The position numbers and the translations under genes are program-made. Positions 47,961 to 58,304 of a stretch of 64,000 nt of DNA are shown here, one piece after another. Location of the stretch: positions 3,924-67,923 of the forward strand of contig JACPOZ010000030.1 of the NCBI GenBank assembly GCA_016191235.1, given 5' to 3'. Position 1 is the stretch's first letter. Every line of letters starts with the position of its first letter. The stretch comes from Gammaproteobacteria bacterium. GTDB taxonomy: Bacteria > Pseudomonadota > Gammaproteobacteria > Ga0077554 > Ga007554. A model generated the notes under the pieces. That model searched no databases, was not told the DNA's origin, and saw only the letters and a program-made list of their open reading frames with translations.

Positions 47961-50498
47961 TTACGAAACATTCGGTCTAGGTTTCCGGCGTGCCGTAGGT
48001 TCGGCATTCCATGGGTCATCCGGCCAGGGGTGTTTGGGATAGCGGCCTTTGAGTTCTTTTTTGACTTCGGCGTAGGTGCGTTCCCAGAAGCCGCGCAGGT
48101 CTTGTGTTACCTGGATGGGACGTTGTGCCGGGGAGAGCAGGTGCAGGGTTACCGGCACCCGTCCCCAAGCCACGCGCGGCGTGTCGGCGAGGCCGAACAT
48201 TTCTTGCAGCTTCACCGCCAGCACCGGCGATTCGCCGGGGGTATATTGCAGACGCAGCCGTGATCCGCTGGGCACGGTGAGGTGGGTGGGCGCGCCTTCG
48301 TCGAGGCGGGTGCGCTGCGTCCAGTCCAGCGTGTTTTGCAGTATTGCCAGCAGGTCGATGCGGGTCAGATGATCGCGGCGGGTGATGCCGTCGAGGTATG
48401 GCTCCAGCCAGTCTTCCAGTGTTGTTTCCAGATGTGCGTCGCTCACATCCGGCCAGCCCTCCTCTGGGCACCAGTGACGCAACGATAGCACGCGCGCTTG
48501 CCATTCCCTGGCCTCGTGTGTCCAGGGCAATGCCTCCAGCCCGAGACGGCGCACGCCTTCAAGCATGGCCTTGCGTAACGCATCTGGGCTAGCTTTTGTC
48601 AGCGGTTGGCTGGCGAGCACGAGTTCTCCAAGCCGTTCTTCGCGCCGCGAGATGATGGCCCGCTGCTGGCTGTCCCAGCGCACCACGTCCTGCGTTTGTA
48701 TTCGTCCCGCGAGATGTTTGCGCAAAGCCTGCACGGTGACTGGCGCGGCGAGGTAGATTATGGCTTCGGTTTTTCCCGCATCCATCTGCGCGGCCACCAG
48801 GTAGGTGTGCTTGATCAGATGATCCTCACACGCCAGGCGCGCGCCACGGCCATTGGCGAGCAGGTAGCGTCCGGTGTTGGCTTCGCGCTGTGCGGCGATG
48901 CGGTCTGGATAGGCGAGGGCTAATAGCAGGCCAACCTCTTCGTCGCTGGCGCTCGCTGCAGGTTGTTTGATATTTAGCAGTCGCCGCCACTGGCTGGCCG
49001 CTTGTTCGATGCGTTCACAGGCGTAAGGGTCGGCCTCATAGGATTGCGCACCGGCCCTGCCGCGCTTGCGGAATGCCATTATCGCCTCGACGCGCTCCAG
49101 CAGGTCGCAGGTGCGTTTACGACTCTGGTTGTCGCTGGTGAGAATGTCGCGTTCGGCAAGCAGCGCCGAGATATCGCAGGCCAGCACGCCCAATCCCAGC
49201 TTGTTGCCCTCCAGCAGCAGGTGCGCGAGGCGTGGGTGCGCGGGCAACGCAGCCATTGCCTGGCCGGCGGGGGTGATCAATCCCTTGTCGTCCAGTGCGC
49301 CCAGTTCGATGAGCAATTGCCGCGCCTGGGCCAGCGCGCCGGGCGGGGGTGGGTCCAGCCACGCCAGATCCACCGCATTACGCACCCCCCATTGAGCCAG
49401 GTCCAGTGCCAGCGGGGCGAGGTCGGCGGCGAGTATCTCCGGTATGGTCTGGGCTTGCAGGCCGCGCTGGGTGGATTCGCTCCATAGCCGGTAGCAATGC
49501 CCCGGCCTGAGACGTCCGGCGCGTCCGGCGCGCTGTTCAGCGGACGCACGCGACACGCGCACCGTGTCGAGCCTCGTTAGACCGCTGTTCGGGTCAAAAC
49601 GCGGTACGCGCGCGAAACCGCTATCCACTACGCTGACGATACCCTCGATAGTCAGGCTGGTTTCGGCGATGGAGGTGGCCAGCACCACTTTGCGCCGCCC
49701 ACTGGAATCAGGCCGGATCGCCCGGTCCTGCGCCTCTTTTGGCAGGTCGCCATAGAGGGGATGGATGCGGACCTCTGCGCAGGCGGGATCGGCCTCCAAT
49801 AAGCGCTGTGTGCGCTGGATCTCGCCACCGCCGGGAAGAAAGGCCAGCACGTCGCCTTGTTGTTCGTTTAAGGCACGGCGCACCGCAGCGGCCACGGTCT
49901 CGGGCGTTCTGCTTTCTGGATCGCGCGGCAGGTAGCTGACAGCCACCGGAAAGCTGCGCCCCATGCTGGTGATAATTGGCGCATTATCGAGCAGTCTGGC
50001 GACGCCTTCGGTATCCAGCGTGGCCGACATCACCAGCACCTTCAAATCGTCGCGCAGGCCGCGCTGGCTGTCGATGCACAGTGCCAGCGCGAGATCGGCG
50101 TTGAGATTGCGCTCGTGAAACTCATCGAAGATCACCAGCCCTACCCCCTCCAGCCCCGGATCGCTTTGCAGGCGGCGGGTGAGGATACCCTCGGTTAGCA
50201 CCTCGATGCGCGTCTGGCGCGAAATCTGGCTGTCGAAACGGATGCGGTAACCGACTGTCTGTCCCACCTTCTCGCCCAACAGATCCGCCATGCGCGCCGC
50301 CGCCGCCCGCGCCGCAAGACGACGTGGCTCCAGCATCACGATCGAACGGCCTTGCAGCCAGGGTTCATCCAGGAGCGCCAACGGTACCAGCGTGGTTTTG
50401 CCCGCACCGGGCGGGGCTTGCAGCACGACTGCGGGATGGGCGGCGAGCGCCGTGCACAGCTCGGGAAGGGTTGCTTCGATAGGCAAGGAGGCGGGCAT
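47961..50498 (-). CDS. hrpB: ATP-dependent RNA helicase HrpB (DEAH-box)
   Basis: 845 aa with Walker A APPGAGKTT, DEFH box (VIFDEFHERN) and the HrpB C-terminal domain. Confidence 0.9.
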   Translation of the reverse strand: MPASLPIEATLPELCTALAAHPAVVLQAPPGAGKTTLVPLALLDEPWLQGRSIVMLEPRRLAARAAAARMADLLGEKVGQTVGYRIRFDSQISRQTRIEVLTEGILTRRLQSDPGLEGVGLVIFDEFHERNLNADLALALCIDSQRGLRDDLKVLVMSATLDTEGVARLLDNAPIITSMGRSFPVAVSYLPRDPESRTPETVAAAVRRALNEQQGDVLAFLPGGGEIQRTQRLLEADPACAEVRIHPLYGDLPKEAQDRAIRPDSSGRRKVVLATSIAETSLTIEGIVSVVDSGFARVPRFDPNSGLTRLDTVRVSRASAEQRAGRAGRLRPGHCYRLWSESTQRGLQAQTIPEILAADLAPLALDLAQWGVRNAVDLAWLDPPPPGALAQARQLLIELGALDDKGLITPAGQAMAALPAHPRLAHLLLEGNKLGLGVLACDISALLAERDILTSDNQSRKRTCDLLERVEAIMAFRKRGRAGAQSYEADPYACERIEQAASQWRRLLNIKQPAASASDEEVGLLLALAYPDRIAAQREANTGRYLLANGRGARLACEDHLIKHTYLVAAQMDAGKTEAIIYLAAPVTVQALRKHLAGRIQTQDVVRWDSQQRAIISRREERLGELVLASQPLTKASPDALRKAMLEGVRRLGLEALPWTHEAREWQARVLSLRHWCPEEGWPDVSDAHLETTLEDWLEPYLDGITRRDHLTRIDLLAILQNTLDWTQRTRLDEGAPTHLTVPSGSRLRLQYTPGESPVLAVKLQEMFGLADTPRVAWGRVPVTLHLLSPAQRPIQVTQDLRGFWERTYAEVKKELKGRYPKHPWPDDPWNAEPTARRKPRPNVS

Positions 50499-50701
50499 GT
50501 GTGTTTTTTTGGCAATGAAAAACTTTAGAGCCTGTCTGTGAATAAATCATCCCTGCGCGCTTCATTATCGGGATAGGGAGATCGAATATTTTCTCAGCCC
50601 GCTGTTGCAGTATGGACAGGGAACGGCATAGGCCATGCCGTGGGAAATGTACAGGGTGCGCCGCGCACACCACCAGCACGGCTTATAGCGGCGGCGCCTT
50701 T

Positions 50702-52669
50702 CTAATTAAGGATCAACGTCAGCTTCTGTCCCGGTTTCAGGCTCTTGATCTTGGCGGGGGTGTTCCACTTGCGTAGCTCGGAGAGAGTGACATCAAAACG
50801 GTCGGCGATGTGGGTTAGCGTGTCGCCAGGACGTATCTTGTAGCTGATGCGGCGCAGGGTGATGTCTGCTTTGGCTAAACGCGATGAGGCGCGGCTGAGG
50901 GTCAGGCGCTGCGTGGTGCCTGTTGCGGAGCGTATCACCAGACGTTGTCCGGCGCTCAGTCTCGACTTGGGGGCCAGGTCGTTCCAGGTAGCCAGATCTC
51001 GGGGGGTTACGCCAAACTTGCGTGCGACCTTCCACAAGGTGTCGCCACGGCCCACGGTGTGAGATGCGGTTTTTCCCGTGGCCTTTGGCTCATCCGTTCT
51101 GGATGTATTCTGAGAGACCTGTAGAGCCGGCGCTGAATTTTGAGCAATGCGCAATGCGTAGTTGCCCAGATCGCTGGTTGCCACCGGCACGAGCAGGTCG
51201 GTGCTGGCGCGTGCGATATCGCTGGTCAGTTTATTGATCTGGCGCAACAGCGTGGTGGTAGTGCCATAGAGGCTCGCGATATAGCTAAGAGACTGTTTTT
51301 TCTTGACATGATGGCGTGTCCAGGTGACACGCTTCTCGGTCGGGAGGGAGGCGAGTCTGGTCTTGAAGCTTTCCACCTTTTCGATGGGCAGCAGCAGGTG
51401 ATGAGGTCCGTCGGGGTCGGTTACCCAGCGGTTAAAGCCTGGGTTAAGCCGGTGGACTTCTTCCAGTGGGACATCAGCCAATTCTGCCGCCAATGCCAGA
51501 TCAATCTGGGTGTCTGTGGTGATCGTGGTCAGATACGGCTGGTTCGGCACGGGTTTGAGCGTGACGCCGAATTTTTCCGGCGCGGCGACAACGTCAGTGA
51601 TCGCCAGCAGCCAAGGCACGTAACCCTGGGTTTCTACCGGAAGCTGGAGCGACCAGAAATCGGTGGGTTTGCCCGCAGCGGCGTTTTTGTTGACGGCGCG
51701 CATCACGGCGCCTTCGCCTGCGTTGTAGGCGGCCAACGCCAGTAGCCAGTCACCCTGGAAATCGGCGTTAAGTTTCTGCAAATAGTCGAGCGCGGCGCGG
51801 GTTGAGGCGTGGATGTCGCGGCGGCCGTCATACCACCAGTTCAATTTCAGGCCATAGTTTTTGGCCGTGGACGGGATAAACTGCCATATTCCTGCGGCCT
51901 TGGCGTGGGAGTTGGCAAGTGGCTGATAGGCGCTTTCCACGATGGGCAGCAGTGCGAGTTCCGAAGGCATGCCGCGCCGCTCAATTTCCTCCACGATATA
52001 GTGCAGATAAGGCGTGGCGCGTTCGATGGTCCTGTCCAGGTAAACCTGACGAGCGGCATACCAGTTTTTGCTGGACTGTACGCGAGGATGATCGCGGTCA
52101 GGCAGGCTGAAGCGGGTACGGATGCGATTCCACATGTCCTGGTTGTTCGGGGTGTCGTCTATGCCGACGGGACTTGCCATGCTGGCGCGCGAATCGGTTG
52201 ATGCCGCTGTTGCTGGAGCGAGTGCATCCGTGGCCGGTTTTTTCCTGGGTACGGCTATGGGTCCAGCGGAAGGACGTTTGGCCGGTTCAGGGCTGGACTT
52301 TTGATTGACTAATAGGGTGCTGTCCGAGAGCGCAACATTGGTGATGCTTACCGGAGCGGGTTCAGGGTCGGGTTGTGCGGCAAGGGTAACAACGCTCTCC
52401 CAGAGGTCTGGCAGCGCTGAACCGGGAATGCCAAGGGATGATGATACGTCACCTGGCGCCGCCGGGCGTTGTGCCAAAGCGGATTCGAGCGCGGTGGCGG
52501 GCGTCAGGGCCGACTCTTGGTGCGGCTGGGCTTGTGTGCGGTCAGCCGGGTGTGTGGTTGCGCTGGACACCTTGCTTTGCTGCATGGCGCAACCGCCAAG
52601 GTAGAGCATGATTGTGCTAGACAAACACAAGTTCAGCAAACGTCGTGCCTGGTTTTTGTCTATGACCAT
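50702..52669 (-). CDS. mltD: membrane-bound lytic murein transglycosylase D-like (SLT domain + C-terminal LysM repeats)
   Basis: Lipoprotein signal (MLYLGGCAM). SLT catalytic region with ALAAYNAGEGAV. Three C-terminal LysM motifs (GDTLWKVARKFGVTPRDL, GDTLTHIADRFDVTLSEL, ending KLTLILN). Confidence 0.8.
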   Translation of the reverse strand: MVIDKNQARRLLNLCLSSTIMLYLGGCAMQQSKVSSATTHPADRTQAQPHQESALTPATALESALAQRPAAPGDVSSSLGIPGSALPDLWESVVTLAAQPDPEPAPVSITNVALSDSTLLVNQKSSPEPAKRPSAGPIAVPRKKPATDALAPATAASTDSRASMASPVGIDDTPNNQDMWNRIRTRFSLPDRDHPRVQSSKNWYAARQVYLDRTIERATPYLHYIVEEIERRGMPSELALLPIVESAYQPLANSHAKAAGIWQFIPSTAKNYGLKLNWWYDGRRDIHASTRAALDYLQKLNADFQGDWLLALAAYNAGEGAVMRAVNKNAAAGKPTDFWSLQLPVETQGYVPWLLAITDVVAAPEKFGVTLKPVPNQPYLTTITTDTQIDLALAAELADVPLEEVHRLNPGFNRWVTDPDGPHHLLLPIEKVESFKTRLASLPTEKRVTWTRHHVKKKQSLSYIASLYGTTTTLLRQINKLTSDIARASTDLLVPVATSDLGNYALRIAQNSAPALQVSQNTSRTDEPKATGKTASHTVGRGDTLWKVARKFGVTPRDLATWNDLAPKSRLSAGQRLVIRSATGTTQRLTLSRASSRLAKADITLRRISYKIRPGDTLTHIADRFDVTLSELRKWNTPAKIKSLKPGQKLTLILN

Positions 52670-52816
52670 GATTCCTCCAGTCCGGTTATAAGCCGGAATT
52701 ATACCTTATGATGACATTTTTAAGAAACCCTAAACGTCATAAGGCATTAAAGTTGATGCTGCCGAAAAATAACCATATGAAATACATGAAAATAATGCGT
52801 TGGCAAAGGTTGCGGA

Positions 52817-53602
52817 TCAATCCAGCGTATCTTTCCAGTAACGTACCACGGCAAATACCTCCTGCTCGGAGACAAGCCGTTTACCCGCGAATTTTTCCGC
52901 CGCTGCGATAACACCGGGAACATGGCAGCGCAGGAAAGGATTGGTGCGCAATTCAAGCTCCAGGATGGAGGGTACGGTGGGATGTCCATTCGCCCAGCAG
53001 CGTTCGGCATCCAGCAGGCGCGCCCTGATATCCGCGTTGTCCGGTTCCACCTTCATTGCAAACGTCAGATTCGCAAGGGTGTATTCATGTGCACAATATA
53101 CAAGAGTATTCTTCGGCAGCGCGGCGATTTTCTTTAGTGATTGGTGCATTTGTGCCGCCGTACCTTCAAACAATCGCCCGCAACCCGCGCCGAATAATGT
53201 ATCGCCGCAAAACAGCATGCCATGGCCGTAATAGGCAATATGTCCGGCGGTATGGCCGGGAACATCCATGACGATGAATTTTACTTTATCCCCTTGAAGT
53301 ATAATGTGATCGTTTTCACGTAACGGGTGAGTGATTTCAGGAATGCGCTCCAGCGCGGGGCCATACACTGGGATGGCGTAGCGCTGCACCAGGGTGCGTA
53401 CTCCCCCGATGTGATCGTTGTGATGGTGCGTCAATAGGATGGCGGTGGGGGTGATCGACAGCTCGGTTAACGTATCAGCGACGGGTTCGGCGTCGCCAGG
53501 GTCGACGATGACGGCATGGCGCCCCGTTTTTTTAGCGCCATCGTTACAAATCAACCAGATATAGTTGTCGGTGAAGGCCGGAATAGTGAGCACAGTAATC
53601 AT
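52817..53602 (-). CDS. gloB: hydroxyacylglutathione hydrolase (glyoxalase II)
   Basis: 261 aa metallo-beta-lactamase fold with HHHNDH in LLTHHHNDHIGG. Confidence 0.85.
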   Translation of the reverse strand: MITVLTIPAFTDNYIWLICNDGAKKTGRHAVIVDPGDAEPVADTLTELSITPTAILLTHHHNDHIGGVRTLVQRYAIPVYGPALERIPEITHPLRENDHIILQGDKVKFIVMDVPGHTAGHIAYYGHGMLFCGDTLFGAGCGRLFEGTAAQMHQSLKKIAALPKNTLVYCAHEYTLANLTFAMKVEPDNADIRARLLDAERCWANGHPTVPSILELELRTNPFLRCHVPGVIAAAEKFAGKRLVSEQEVFAVVRYWKDTLD

Positions 53603-53730
53603 GCGTGGCGATCAATGAGGTTGGAATAACAAAACATTTTATGCTCTCAGGGATTAACGGCAGGGTCAACGCCTATAGTCTGACACATCTGGTGGAAAGC
53701 ACGTTATGCTAGCAACTTGCGGACCAGAGT

Positions 53731-53977
53731 GATGATCCTAAAAACGGCGGTTGACCGCTATTCTGGACTGTTAGCAATATGCTTTTAATAAATTTCATCA
53801 TATCTTGCAGGTTCACCTGTTTGGTGAGGCCGCTACGGAGCGGATTACACGATTTTCAGTGCGCATGGCAGCGTTGCAACTCCTTGGAATGGAACAATCA
53901 TTCCGCGTCGTCGCGCCTTGCCCTGCACCCCGAAAACCGCACACTCCACCCCGTCCAACTGCCGTTTTTAGGATGAT
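53731..53977. repeat. MITE-like element (repeat family B) in the gloB/methyltransferase divergent intergenic region
   Basis: 25-bp terminal inverted repeats GATGATCCTAAAAACGGCGGTTGAC and GTCCAACTGCCGTTTTTAGGATGAT, flanking about 195 bp. A related copy lies at 47700-47905. Confidence 0.5.
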
Positions 53978-54751
53978 ATGAAATCGACGTTTGATCACAG
54001 CGCACCCCCCGGACTCCGCCGGGACTTGCGTGCCTGGTATGCTCATGGCATCGGCCATCTGCTGCTGGAAACCGAACGCGCGCAACTGGATGAGGTCTTG
54101 CCCAACCTGTTCGGTTATCACCTGTTGCAGGTTGGGCGCATCCATCATGAAGATCTGCTGGCGTCCAGCCGCATCTCCCACCGGGTGGTGCTGGATATCG
54201 ATGCGGTGGCGGGGGATGCTCCTGCCAGTGTGTTGCGTGCCCGCGCGGATGATCTGCCTATCGCTTCAGACAGCGTGGATGTAGTGGTCTTGCCGCATAC
54301 CCTCGAATTTGAGTCCGATCCCCACAGCGTGTTACGGGAGACGGAGCGCATCTTGATCCCGGAGGGGCATGTGGTGGTGCTGGGATTTAATCCCTGGAGC
54401 TTTTGGGGAATATGGCGGAAGCTGTTGGCCCGCCAGGGCGCGGCACCCTGGTGCGGACGTTTTCTGGGGTTGATGCGTATCAAGGATTGGCTGGCCTTGC
54501 TGGGGTTCGATGTCATTGTGACGCGCCAATATTTTTTTCGTCCCCCCTTGCAGCGGGAAGGGGTGATGCGCAAGCTGCTGTTCATGGAAAAAGCAGGGGC
54601 GCGGTTGTGGCCCCATTTGGGCGGGGCCTACATGGTGGTGGCCAAGAAACGGGTAACCACCATGACGCCGATCAAACCGCGCTGGCGCCCCCGCCGCAGC
54701 CTGATCGCCGCCCCTGCGAGACCCTGCACGAGGAATATGAGACGTGTCTGA
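53978..54751 (+). CDS. class I SAM-dependent methyltransferase (conserved gloB-rnhA neighbour)
   Basis: 257 aa Methyltransf_11-like protein, divergent from gloB, overlapping the rnhA start. Confidence 0.7.
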   Translation: MKSTFDHSAPPGLRRDLRAWYAHGIGHLLLETERAQLDEVLPNLFGYHLLQVGRIHHEDLLASSRISHRVVLDIDAVAGDAPASVLRARADDLPIASDSVDVVVLPHTLEFESDPHSVLRETERILIPEGHVVVLGFNPWSFWGIWRKLLARQGAAPWCGRFLGLMRIKDWLALLGFDVIVTRQYFFRPPLQREGVMRKLLFMEKAGARLWPHLGGAYMVVAKKRVTTMTPIKPRWRPRRSLIAAPARPCTRNMRRV

Positions 54752-55181
54752 TGTTGTAGAGATTTATACTGACGGGGCCTGCCGTGGCAACCCTGGCCCT
54801 GGGGGATGGGGTGCGTTGTTGCGTCATAAGGGGCGCGAGAAATCGCTCTATGGCGGTGAGCGGCTCACCACCAACAACCGCATGGAACTTATGGCGGCAA
54901 TCATGGCCCTGGAGTCGCTGAAGCGGCCTTGCGAAGTCCGCTTGACCACCGATTCTCAATATGTGAAAAAGGGGATCACGGAATGGCTGGCGAACTGGAA
55001 AAAGCGCGGCTGGAAAACCGCCGCCAAAGAGCCTGTAAAAAACGCCGACTTGTGGCAGCGTCTCGAAGCTGCGGCGCAACGTCATGATGTTGCCTGGCAC
55101 TGGGTGCGGGGACATACCGGACACGCGGAAAATGAGCTGGCCGACCAGCTTGCCAACCGTGCTATTGATGAAATGAAATAA
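54744..55181 (+). CDS. rnhA: ribonuclease HI
   Basis: GTG start. Begins [26 protein letters not shown] and carries the DEDD catalytic residues. Confidence 0.9.
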   Translation: MSDVVEIYTDGACRGNPGPGGWGALLRHKGREKSLYGGERLTTNNRMELMAAIMALESLKRPCEVRLTTDSQYVKKGITEWLANWKKRGWKTAAKEPVKNADLWQRLEAAAQRHDVAWHWVRGHTGHAENELADQLANRAIDEMK

Positions 55182-55193
55182 TGAAAATGTGAT

Positions 55194-55347
55194 CCACGAA
55201 AAACACGAAAGCCACGAAAAAATGGGTTTGGCGTGCATCGGGAGATGGACGCTGGCTTTCTCGAACCTGTCTATTCTCGCCAACAACTGAACGGATAGTA
55301 TTGTAAAGATTTTTCGTGCCTTTCGTGTTTTTCGTGGACGGTGCATA
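55194..55347. repeat. MITE-like element (repeat family A) between rnhA and dnaQ
   Basis: 28-bp terminal inverted repeats CCACGAAAAACACGAAAGCCACGAAAAA and TTTTTCGTGCCTTTCGTGTTTTTCGTGG (1 mismatch), flanking about 98 bp. Solo termini occur at 11838-11866 and 47505-47535. Confidence 0.5.
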
Positions 55348-55373
55348 ACGTCAATGAAATAAGGTAACTATCA

Positions 55374-56081
55374 ATGCGGCAGATCATACTTGATACTGAA
55401 ACCACCGGCCTGGACCCCGCGCAGGGGCACCGCATCATCGAAATCGGTTGCGTGGAGCTGGTCAACCGCCGCCTTACCGGCAATCACTACCATCAATACC
55501 TGCAACCCGACCGCGAGATAGATGCCGGGGCATTCGATGTCCACGGCATCAGCAATGAATTTCTCATCGACAAGCCCCGCTTTTCCGATGTGGCTGACGA
55601 GTTCCTGGATTTTATCAAAGGGGCGGAGCTTATCATCCATAACGCCCCCTTTGACATCGGCTTCATCAATGCCGAGCTTGTCTGGCTGGGGCGGTCTCAC
55701 GGCGCAGTTGCCGATCATTGCACCGTCGTTGACACCTTGGCGCTGGCCCGGAAGCTGCACCCTGGCCAGAAAAACAACCTGGACGCGCTGTGCAGGCGCT
55801 ACCAGATCGACAACAGCCGGCGCGATCTGCACGGTGCCTTGCTGGACGCCGAGATACTGGCCGACGTTTATCTGGCGATGACAGGTGGGCAGGCCAGTTT
55901 ATCCCTGGACAGTGGGCAGGACGCAGGCCAGGCATCACGCCAGGCAATCCGTCACCTTGATTCTGCCCGACCCCGCTTGAAGGTGATCCAGGCAACGGCG
56001 GCGGAGCAGGCGGCGCATGAGCGGCGCCTGGATGCCCTCGACAAGGCGAGCGGCGGAACGTGTGTCTGGCGGAACGTGTAA
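55374..56081 (+). CDS. dnaQ: DNA polymerase III epsilon subunit (3'-5' proofreading exonuclease)
   Basis: Begins MRQIILDTETTGLDP (Exo I) and carries the Exo II and III motifs. Confidence 0.9.
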   Translation: MRQIILDTETTGLDPAQGHRIIEIGCVELVNRRLTGNHYHQYLQPDREIDAGAFDVHGISNEFLIDKPRFSDVADEFLDFIKGAELIIHNAPFDIGFINAELVWLGRSHGAVADHCTVVDTLALARKLHPGQKNNLDALCRRYQIDNSRRDLHGALLDAEILADVYLAMTGGQASLSLDSGQDAGQASRQAIRHLDSARPRLKVIQATAAEQAAHERRLDALDKASGGTCVWRNV

Positions 56082-56232
56082 TTCTGTAGTTCAGACTACA
56101 AACGGCTTGGCAAATGCGGTGATGTCAAGTATGTTGATTGTTGAGCTTGTTGCTGTGTCATGAGGTTGGCTTGCGCGACCGGCTGTTGTTTGCCGGGCCA
56201 GAATTTACTGCGGAATAGAGAAAAGGGCACTT

Positions 56233-56364
56233 CTAAAAATTCGATCAAGACACGAGGGCAAGGCGGAAATGCGCGAAAAAGCGGAGTGTACACGGAGTAC
56301 ATGAGCATTTTGAGCGCATTTCCAACGCCGCCATCGTGGCTTCAGCGAATTTTTAGAGGTGCCC
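56233..56364. repeat. MITE-like element with 19-bp terminal inverted repeats upstream of the ankyrin gene
   Basis: GGGCACTTCTAAAAATTCG ... CGAATTTTTAGAGGTGCCC. Internal inverted repeat GGAAATGCGC/GCGCATTTCC. A partial related copy (TCGATCAAG...GAAAAAGCGGAG..TACATGA..CATTTTGAG) lies at about 62110-62225. Confidence 0.5.
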
Positions 56365-56402
56365 AGAAAATAAAGAATTAATTACGGGTGGGAGGTACGG
56401 CG

Positions 56403-58247
56403 ATGAAGCGGCATAGTGTGTCGGGGTCATTTGGGAAGGGTTGCCGTTTGTTATTTTGCGGCGTGGGTATTGCCCTTGTTACCGTGGGGCACGCCGCAGA
56501 ACCGGCCGATAGCCCTCCCGCAACCGCCGCTCCTGCGCCGGAGCAAACAGTCCCGTCCCCCACGCCCGTCCCCGGTGATGCCTTAAGCCCGGACCGCCTG
56601 GTGCTGGCGGCAACTTTCGGCCATGACAAGGTAGTGCGCTACATGCTCGAACGCGGCATGGACGTAAACTCCAAGGATATGTTTGGGACTACCGCGTTGA
56701 TTGCCGCCGCCACTGCCGGTCAGGGTGAAATCGTTGACCTACTGCTCAAGGCGGGCGCCGATGTGAAAGCAGGCACCAACGTGGGGCATACTGCTCTGAT
56801 GGGTGCCATTACAAAAGGCGATGTCTCGATCACCAAACGCCTGCTCACTGCGGGTGCGGAGGTCAACGCCAAGAACAACCGTGGGGAAACCGCCTTGTTT
56901 CCTGCCGTCCAATACGGCAACCTCAGGTTGGTGGAAATGCTGCTGGCGGCGGGGGCAGACCCGAATGTAGCGAACACGCTTGCGCTTTCCGCAAGCGACA
57001 GCGGATATACACCGCTGATGTATGCCGCACGGCATGGCCTGATGTCTGCCGACGGCCCTTGGCACGACATCACCAATGCCCTGCTCGCCAAGGGGGCCGA
57101 CCCCAATCTCAGGGATACCCATGGCGGCACGGCGTTAAGCCTTGCGGAGCGCAATCAATATGCGGACATTGCGCACACCTTGAGACAGGCCGGCGCGCGC
57201 AAAGAATCGGTTTATACCAGCCTCAGCCTGGACGATGCCTTGATCAAGGCATCGAGAAACGGCGATGTTGCCAAAGTAGGCCAATTATTTGAAGAAGGCG
57301 CACGGGCAAACGTCAAAAACAGGGTCGGCGTGACACCCCTGCTGGAGGCGGCACTGGCTGGCCACACGGCGGTTGTAAAGATCCTGGTCGAGCGTGGCGC
57401 CAAAGTGAATGCCGTACCGGATGGCTTGCGTGACTGGGCCATCTCTGCCTCAAGTGTTCCACTGGCTGATCAGGACATAGTGCAAGCCGCTTCGCGCGGC
57501 GATACGGCGCTGATCATCGCCGTGCGCAATGCCCGCACCGAGACCGTGCGTTATCTGCTCGATCATGATGCGGATTTTAATCGCCCCAACCACCGGAATG
57601 AGACCGCCCTGTTTGTCGCCGCTGAATTGGGGCGCAGCGACATCATGCGCCTGATGTTAAGCAAAGGCGCGGACCCCAATGCGGTGGAGCAGGAAAACCG
57701 CACCAGTTCGTTCACCGTCGCAATGAGCACCATCGGCAGGAACACGGTGTTGATCAAGGCCGCGCAAAGCGGCCATGCCGATGTCGCACGGATTCTGCTG
57801 GATGCGGGAGCACGAGTCGATGCGCGCGGTTTTATGGGGAAAACGGCCCTGTTCTGGGCAGTGGAGCGTGGCCATGCAGCGGCTGCTCAAACGCTGCTTG
57901 AACAAAAGGCCGATCCGAATATCAAAGATGTTTCGGGACTCACTCCTCTTATGGTTGCAGCGGCGAACGGCTCCTCCAGAGTTGTGGAGCTTCTCCTGAA
58001 AAACAAGGCCGACATCAACGCCACGGAGGGCGCCGATCCTGGTGCCGGTGGCAGCGTGTTTGGCGTATCCGGCACCACGGCCTTGATATTCGCGGCCCGC
58101 GCCGGTCATGTGGAAGTTGTGCAGATGCTGTTGAAGGCCGGGGCTGATGTCAACGCCATGAACAGCAACGGCAGCAACGCCATCAAGGAGGCGGAAACGA
58201 ACGGGTATACGAAGATAGTGGAGATGTTGAAAGCCGCAGGTGCATAA
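56403..58247 (+). CDS. exported ankyrin-repeat protein (about 15 ANK repeats)
   Basis: Signal peptide MKRHSVSGSFGKGCRLLFCGVGIALVTVGHAA. Reiterated ANK consensus (G-TALM-AA--GH--VV--LL-AGADVNA) throughout. Confidence 0.8.
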   Translation: MKRHSVSGSFGKGCRLLFCGVGIALVTVGHAAEPADSPPATAAPAPEQTVPSPTPVPGDALSPDRLVLAATFGHDKVVRYMLERGMDVNSKDMFGTTALIAAATAGQGEIVDLLLKAGADVKAGTNVGHTALMGAITKGDVSITKRLLTAGAEVNAKNNRGETALFPAVQYGNLRLVEMLLAAGADPNVANTLALSASDSGYTPLMYAARHGLMSADGPWHDITNALLAKGADPNLRDTHGGTALSLAERNQYADIAHTLRQAGARKESVYTSLSLDDALIKASRNGDVAKVGQLFEEGARANVKNRVGVTPLLEAALAGHTAVVKILVERGAKVNAVPDGLRDWAISASSVPLADQDIVQAASRGDTALIIAVRNARTETVRYLLDHDADFNRPNHRNETALFVAAELGRSDIMRLMLSKGADPNAVEQENRTSSFTVAMSTIGRNTVLIKAAQSGHADVARILLDAGARVDARGFMGKTALFWAVERGHAAAAQTLLEQKADPNIKDVSGLTPLMVAAANGSSRVVELLLKNKADINATEGADPGAGGSVFGVSGTTALIFAARAGHVEVVQMLLKAGADVNAMNSNGSNAIKEAETNGYTKIVEMLKAAGA

Positions 58248-58304
58248 GGCCTGTCAGAACGGGTTCTGAAACACAATCTGGAAGGTGCGAAAAATGGTTA
58301 CACA

